Of a stretch of 64,000 nucleotides of DNA, positions 58,351 through 64,000 are shown in pieces. The notes beneath the pieces are model-generated. The model ran no database searches. It was not told the DNA's origin and saw only the letters and a list, made by a program, of their open reading frames with translations. The position numbers and the translations under genes were made by a program. Position 1 is the stretch's first letter, and each line of letters opens with the position of its first letter. Source of the stretch: a virus; IMG/VR virus record IMGVR_UViG_3300002898_001527. One strand, given 5' to 3'.

Positions 58351-59547
58351 ATGAATGCAAATACAATTTCAACTGGAGTCATAGATGTTAAGAATAATGA
58401 AATTTTGTTGCTCTCAGATTGCACTCTTTCATCTTCTACCGGTAGGACATTAGAAAAAATCATTGGCCTCGGAACCTTCGGGCCACATATAGAGGCAATT
58501 AAATCATATACTAAGTCAATAACTCTAAATGGCCCAATAATGTATCCACAACAGGCATTCCCTTTTTCATTAGAATATATGTATAATGAAGGAATCTCAG
58601 ATTCAAACAATAGCATTAATGGAAATGAAGAAAGTGGCCAAGAAGTAATCCCGAAAGATACAACGAATGCTTTTATATATAATTGCTTTGATTTATATAG
58701 TTGGCTAGTTGATGATAATCCATTTTTTAATAGAAATAATATAGTTGAATATTTACTTGGTATGTATGTAGACAACATTGGAATATCTTTTGGAGACGAT
58801 GTTACTTGTAATATAAATATGTCTACAAAAATGCCATATCAAGTTTCACTAGAACCAAATATTTCACACGACTTTATGAATTTTAAAATAACAAACGATC
58901 CAAGAATTACAACGAATCAATACATAAGCAATAAATTAAAAATGACTTGGTTCTTAATTAAGCCACAATATTTCATACACAATGACATAACACAGCAATT
59001 TGTAATCACAAATTGTAAATTTAATATCAATTTTGAATATATAAACCTGGAAAACTTAATCCCAGGATGGGAAAAACCAGAATGCGATTTCCCATATATT
59101 GAAAGATCATATCCAATTGTTCCACGCATTTTGACTGGAATAACAATGGATGCCGAATATGATTTTTTGATGCTAAAAATGTCAAGAATTCACAAACTCG
59201 AAGTCGGAGAAATGCAAGAAAATTTAATAGCAAGATTAGAATGCCCAGCGAATGCACTTCAATATCCACCAATAGACTTTATAACAATATATGATGTAGA
59301 TGGAGAAGAAAGACCTCTCGGTTTTATAACATTATTAATAAATCGCATCCTTAAACCATTTGGGCACACGAATTTTATTAAATGGACAATTAAGGATTGT
59401 AATTTGCAGGGAATTAATGCATCGGGGATGCCAAGTTATCACCTATCTTATGGTTCCTCAATTATCTTCAATCCCCTTGGAATTATGAGTTCTACTTCTT
59501 TTCCTCCATACACCCCGGAGGAACAAAAAGATTTGCAAGAAGAATAA
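58351..59547 (+). CDS. Tail-tube-like paralog 5
   Basis: Blocks LLLSDCTLSS, ITLNGPIMY, YVDNIGISF and ITNCKFNINFEY. Confidence 0.45.
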   Translation: MNANTISTGVIDVKNNEILLLSDCTLSSSTGRTLEKIIGLGTFGPHIEAIKSYTKSITLNGPIMYPQQAFPFSLEYMYNEGISDSNNSINGNEESGQEVIPKDTTNAFIYNCFDLYSWLVDDNPFFNRNNIVEYLLGMYVDNIGISFGDDVTCNINMSTKMPYQVSLEPNISHDFMNFKITNDPRITTNQYISNKLKMTWFLIKPQYFIHNDITQQFVITNCKFNINFEYINLENLIPGWEKPECDFPYIERSYPIVPRILTGITMDAEYDFLMLKMSRIHKLEVGEMQENLIARLECPANALQYPPIDFITIYDVDGEERPLGFITLLINRILKPFGHTNFIKWTIKDCNLQGINASGMPSYHLSYGSSIIFNPLGIMSSTSFPPYTPEEQKDLQEE

Positions 59548-59592
59548 TATTCTGATAACATATCAACATTCTCGCAAACAGAAAGGAACCTA

Positions 59593-60375
59593 ATGGAAAA
59601 TTACGGAATTAAAATTATTTATGCACCTGAGATTACTCTTGTTGGTGAGCCTAGATTCTTAGGAATGCCGCAAGAAATTATGGAACAATGGGACACCGAT
59701 ATCCATTGGGACAAAATAAATAATTTTGATAATATCAATGCCGAATATATTTTAGAAGCCGCTGGACGAGGTTGTTATCAAAGTTGGGCAAATAAAGCGA
59801 AAAGAAAAAATGTTGAATATTTAAAAAACATTCTCAAGCAGAAACATGAGTCCGTCCTTGAGCATGCCTGTTATAATTTTTATTTTCGAGGCATTTCAAG
59901 GAGCCTAACTCATGAATTAATTAGGCATCGTGTAGGAACTGCTTTTTCCCAATCGAGTCAAAGATACATTGATTCAAGTGATATTGCCTTTGTTATTCCG
60001 CCTTTATATATTGGAAACAAAGAATTAACTTCTATTTGGGCCAAGTCTTGCAAAGATTCATTGGACAAATATAATGAACTATTGGCACAGGAAATTAATG
60101 TAATGCCTGGAACTGATGGAATTAAACAGCTTCGTCAGTCGGCCAGAGCAGTGCTTCCAAATTGCGCAGAAACACAGATCATGTTCTCATGTAATTTAAG
60201 AGAAATTCGGCACATTCTTAATCTCCGTGGTAGCCTTCATGCGGACGAAGAAATTAGAAGATGGGCAGTCGCACTATATTATATTGTCAATGATATAACC
60301 CCATTGCTTTGTGATTTCGAAGTTCAAGAGAATGAATTCGGGAAATATTTAGTTAAATTAGATGACTGGGAATAA
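59593..60375 (+). CDS. thyX: FAD-dependent thymidylate synthase
   Basis: AGRGCY.S, HESVLEH, ISRSLTHELIRHR...SQSSQRY, ARAVLP, NLRE.RH...LR...HA..EIR. Confidence 0.95.
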   Translation: MENYGIKIIYAPEITLVGEPRFLGMPQEIMEQWDTDIHWDKINNFDNINAEYILEAAGRGCYQSWANKAKRKNVEYLKNILKQKHESVLEHACYNFYFRGISRSLTHELIRHRVGTAFSQSSQRYIDSSDIAFVIPPLYIGNKELTSIWAKSCKDSLDKYNELLAQEINVMPGTDGIKQLRQSARAVLPNCAETQIMFSCNLREIRHILNLRGSLHADEEIRRWAVALYYIVNDITPLLCDFEVQENEFGKYLVKLDDWE

Positions 60376-60508
60376 AAGGATTTTTGGTTCCTCCTGCATA
60401 ATAATAAGATAGCGACGAATTCTTTTAGAAATTCATTGTCGCGAAAAAGGATATTTATGCAAAATGCATTAAATCCAGATTAATAATTAAGTACTGGAGG
60501 AACACATC

Positions 60509-61720
60509 ATGCCGGTAAAAAATAATATTGTAGGTGTGTGGAGAAATGTTCAACTAGTTAACGCTAGTAATGATATTAAAGTAACTACTAGTGCAGATGG
60601 GACAATTTATGGTAAAAATGCAACTAAGCAAATAAACCAAATTAAACTGCTCCTAGAAAGTGCTAACTTTGCGACAGAAATGGCCGTTAATCCACTTCAA
60701 ATGATCCAGGGGACAGCATTCACCAAGGCTGTAGATATTAAAAGTGCTAAAGATACACTAACTATTAATGGGCCAATGTTGCTTGCAGAGCTTCCAGATA
60801 CAGCGGCATCCGGAAGCTATAATACCGATGCCCCTTTGCTATTGAATGCATATGATTCAGATTTTGGAGATGCATCGACAGTAGCTGGGGCATATTTATG
60901 GAATGCTTTAAATATCGGTTCAGGCACAATTACGCATGAACTAGTAGATAATATTAGCATGACTCTCGATGATAATGGTTTTACATTTAGTACTAGCCTA
61001 AAAGGCGACCCAAGCTCACTGTATCCTAAATTTTATTCGAATACTGGAACTACAATTCCATATGGAGACGATCCTACAGTAGAAGGATCAGAAAACGTAG
61101 ATACTGCACTACGAAAAGCAACATGGTATGATTTTTATCTTCCAATCACAATAAGAACTGTTACCGGGACCACCGGAACCGGACTACAACTTTCTGATAC
61201 AATTAATATTGCAGCAGCAATTAGAAAATGGACCGGAAATATTCAAATTGGAACTGATGAATTTAATTTAATTGGTAGAGGACAGGCACCTTGGTGGTCT
61301 ATTAGTTCCGTCGCAATGAATGGAACCTTCACTGTAGTTTTCCCAATTCTTGGTGAAATAAGTGGAGCGGGCACATATCATACAGTAGTGCCAACATGGC
61401 AAGCAGTCCCATATCCGTGGGGAGAAAAAGGAGTACCTCTTCCTCCAGGGGTGGGCTTCGGAGCAAGAACAATTACTGCTGCTGGAGCTATTAGCCCAGT
61501 TCCAACTGGAGATGTCGGAGATAGACCAGATGTCTTCACTATTTCACAAGTAGGCATTCTGCCTCTATATGTTAAAAATAGTGAAATGGTTCTAGGGGAT
61601 ATACCTACGAATGATACCGATAATAATCTATCAATTGTTCTTAAGAAATCAGCCGTTAATATTACTGCGGGTGTTATTCAGGCAGATGTTGACTACGAAG
61701 TTATCTTCAGTAAGGCATAA
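60509..61720 (+). CDS. Tail-tube-like paralog 6 (best candidate for the major tail tube protein)
   Basis: T/G/A-rich, with SD GGAGG and its own AAAGGATTT promoter at 60375. Blocks LLLESANF, LTINGPMLL, LVDNISMTLDDNG and LRKATWYDF. Confidence 0.55.
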   Translation: MPVKNNIVGVWRNVQLVNASNDIKVTTSADGTIYGKNATKQINQIKLLLESANFATEMAVNPLQMIQGTAFTKAVDIKSAKDTLTINGPMLLAELPDTAASGSYNTDAPLLLNAYDSDFGDASTVAGAYLWNALNIGSGTITHELVDNISMTLDDNGFTFSTSLKGDPSSLYPKFYSNTGTTIPYGDDPTVEGSENVDTALRKATWYDFYLPITIRTVTGTTGTGLQLSDTINIAAAIRKWTGNIQIGTDEFNLIGRGQAPWWSISSVAMNGTFTVVFPILGEISGAGTYHTVVPTWQAVPYPWGEKGVPLPPGVGFGARTITAAGAISPVPTGDVGDRPDVFTISQVGILPLYVKNSEMVLGDIPTNDTDNNLSIVLKKSAVNITAGVIQADVDYEVIFSKA

Positions 61721-61726
61721 AAATAA

Positions 61727-61996
61727 ATGATTTCATATAATGACAAAGGATTTAGCGAAGCAGGCGGTGCAATATCATGCATATGCATCGCCTGCAAATC
61801 TATATTTTATAGAAAAACAACTGAAATATATGATAAAATGGGTGTAAGAAGTAGCAGATTAACAGAAAAATATATTTCTAAACGAATTGAAAAAGAAGAA
61901 TTTGATAAATTAGTTGTAGATAATGAAAGAGATGCCAAAATACTAAAAATATATATATGCAATGATTGTATTTTTAAATATAAACTTTTTGGTTAA
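61727..61996 (+). CDS. Small Zn-finger protein
   Basis: CIACK...ICNDC. Confidence 0.65.
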   Translation: MISYNDKGFSEAGGAISCICIACKSIFYRKTTEIYDKMGVRSSRLTEKYISKRIEKEEFDKLVVDNERDAKILKIYICNDCIFKYKLFG

Positions 61997-62982
61997 AGAG
62001 TAAGAACGAAATCTAAATTCGCAGAAATAGTTGAAATACCTGGATTATATTCTATTTTTACATTATTTATATATGTACCAATTGGATAATTTGGAGCTAC
62101 ATCCCATAACGCAGTCCTGTTGCTAACCATAAATACAACATCAATATATGGACTTTCATGCATAGCAGTATCATGATATTGAGTAGATGTACTAAATGTC
62201 GGCGCATTCCATGGAGCAACTATGCCCCAGGGAGTGACTGCACTAGACAATGCGACGAAGGTCATTGTCGCAGTTGCTTTTTGAGTTTTTAAAAATCGTA
62301 CCGGAGTATGCATATATTCTTCAGTATAAATTTGCAAACCAGCAAAAAGATCGCTTCCACCAATTGGCATGAATGATTCATAATCTATATCATATTTAAA
62401 ATTAAAAGACTTTAAATTAATTGCATAATTATCTATATAAGCTACAAAATCATAGTATGCACCTGCTCGCATTGGTGGCACTAGTCCATATGCATAAGCG
62501 CCGTCATCTAAATAAATATATCCAGGCGCAGTTGGTATAGTTCCTTCAAGCAATGGATCTGTAATCCAATTAATTGTAGAATTGGCGATATCTGTTATAT
62601 CTAAAGAACAACTTTTAAGCATGGCTGCAGGAAAATATGCTTCAATTGTCTCAGGGAAATACACTCTGGACCATAAATCCCACGCAAGAACACTAGAATA
62701 ATATCTAGGACAGGCCGGATAAAACATTTCTAAATCATATGCGAAAGGAACGGGTGAAATATCTTCTACAGGTCCAAGCAAAACTGGTCCTGTCATTGTA
62801 AAATCACCAGATAATTCGCTAATTCTTCGGATTAAAGAGTCTGCACTAGCAGATATCATTGAATGATTATTAATTGACAAAGAAAAATTCTTCTCAAAAG
62901 TATTCATGACTATGGGATAATTATTCATGCCCAAGTCATATCCTAAATTCCATATCCCACTAATATAATTTATGACAGGCAT
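61993..62982 (-). CDS. Tail-tube-like paralog 7
   Basis: N-terminus MPVINYISGIW parallels MPVKNNIVGVW of ORF 60509. Blocks FTMTGPVLL, MLKSCSLDI and MRAGAYYDF. Confidence 0.5.
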   Translation of the reverse strand: MPVINYISGIWNLGYDLGMNNYPIVMNTFEKNFSLSINNHSMISASADSLIRRISELSGDFTMTGPVLLGPVEDISPVPFAYDLEMFYPACPRYYSSVLAWDLWSRVYFPETIEAYFPAAMLKSCSLDITDIANSTINWITDPLLEGTIPTAPGYIYLDDGAYAYGLVPPMRAGAYYDFVAYIDNYAINLKSFNFKYDIDYESFMPIGGSDLFAGLQIYTEEYMHTPVRFLKTQKATATMTFVALSSAVTPWGIVAPWNAPTFSTSTQYHDTAMHESPYIDVVFMVSNRTALWDVAPNYPIGTYINNVKIEYNPGISTISANLDFVLTL

Positions 62983-62986
62983 AATA

Positions 62987-64000
62987 TTACCTTTTACCAG
63001 GTGGTTGCTGTGTGGTTACTTGTGGATGTTCTCTTTGTTCGGCCTGACCTCCACCTGGCCATATATTTACAGGGTTAACTCGCATAGAGGGTCTTCTTTT
63101 TTGATTTAATCGCCGTTCTAGTGATACATCATTATTTGCATTATTTGCATTATTTGCATTATTGTTTGAAAACATATCCGCAAGTAGTTCTGCAATATCT
63201 ACGTCACTAATAGGAGGGACAAAAGTTTGTCGCTCTTTCGTATATTCGGGATTAAATACAGGAGTATTAGTAGCAAATGGATTATATTTATTTTTATTTA
63301 CTGAATCCGTTTTACTACTAACACTTGTTCCAGTTACTAATGGAGGAAAACCAGCTTCATTTTTGTGAAGAGAAGATGATCCTGGATTATTTCCAGTACC
63401 TAATGCACCGTATTGCTCATGCTCTTTTCGTTCTCTTCTTCTTTCATTCCTTCTTCCCGGAGTATATTCAAAAGGATTGGGAGCACCTCGTCCCGCTTCT
63501 GCTACTTTTTCTATCTTAGATGCAAAAAGCCTTCTTGTTGGTAAATTAGCATACCAGTCTGGGACACTCTCCTCAATTCTACCAACAATGTGTTCGGCAT
63601 TGGGGATATTCCGTTTTTTATCGAGTCTCTCATCCGCTGGAACATATCCAACAATATTCTCATTCAACCTATCCATTTCTCTAATTCGTCTAGGCTCATT
63701 GTTCTTCGTAGCCAATTCTCTCATTTTTCTTTCTGTTAAAATATCTTGAAGCCTTTTTAAGTTTTTTTGCCTTATTCTTTCACTCCAAGACAAATTATAT
63801 TTAGATCTATCGTCCTCCACATCCTTATGAAATTCTTCAAGTCTTTTTTCTGTCGATGTGCCCCAATCATTATTCTCTGGTCTAATTGATCCTAAATAGG
63901 AATCTATACTAACACCAATGGGGAAAAAGTTATTAACTCGCGAATTTATTCTTCCAGTATCCAATGTATAGCCATGTCCGCCCCACTGCGAATAACGAAA
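62987..64000 (-). CDS. Disordered hypothetical protein (5' truncated by window edge)
   Basis: The frame is open to 64000 (FRYSQWGGHGYTLDT...). Contains ExRL repeats and a 9-bp NNA repeat at about 63130-63160. Confidence 0.65.
   Translation of the reverse strand, partial: FRYSQWGGHGYTLDTGRINSRVNNFFPIGVSIDSYLGSIRPENNDWGTSTEKRLEEFHKDVEDDRSKYNLSWSERIRQKNLKRLQDILTERKMRELATKNNEPRRIREMDRLNENIVGYVPADERLDKKRNIPNAEHIVGRIEESVPDWYANLPTRRLFASKIEKVAEAGRGAPNPFEYTPGRRNERRRERKEHEQYGALGTGNNPGSSSLHKNEAGFPPLVTGTSVSSKTDSVNKNKYNPFATNTPVFNPEYTKERQTFVPPISDVDIAELLADMFSNNNANNANNANNDVSLERRLNQKRRPSMRVNPVNIWPGGGQAEQREHPQVTTQQPPGKR

Noticed and set aside
60376..60508. tRNA or riboswitch in longer intergenic gaps (also 25981-26085, 41153-41272, 52384-52555)
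   Set aside because: Only short imperfect hairpins were seen, with no cloverleaf or recognisable aptamer by eye. An Infernal/Rfam scan would settle this.
1..64000. Stop-codon recoding (code 15 or 4) as in some large phages
   Set aside because: Long intact ORFs tile the window under code 11, and TAG and TGA both end genes directly before the next gene or SD.

Overview
This is an AT-rich, densely coding segment of a large tailed dsDNA phage (Caudoviricetes, probably jumbo-sized). It uses the standard genetic code, and ORFs run off both ends of the window. The minus strand from about 19.4 to 48.6 kb is mainly a head module: several large low-complexity proteins, a portal fused to a DUF559/Vsr-like nuclease domain, a 1.4 kaa prohead protease with Zn ribbons, an acidic scaffold-like protein, a decoration protein, and a very short (285 aa) encapsulin-like HK97-fold major capsid protein, followed by a peptide deformylase and a ferritin-like protein. 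The ferritin shares a C-terminal peptide (KLIKxANxLD...E.A/.xLD) with the 2.1 kaa protein, a candidate head-loading tag. Seven dispersed paralogous tail-tube-like genes, a Mu gp36-like adaptor and a 2003 aa CBM/BNR virion protein make up the neck and tail part. Metabolic and regulatory genes include a class II ribonucleotide reductase with a mini-intein, ThyX, a degenerate dUTPase fusion, a primase, a Cas4-like nuclease, two J-domain proteins and two sigma factors. One sigma factor is SigH-like, and SigH-type promoter motifs precede the structural genes. All product calls come from motif reading by eye; no database searches were run. No terminase, DNA polymerase, tRNA or CRISPR array was recognised in the window.
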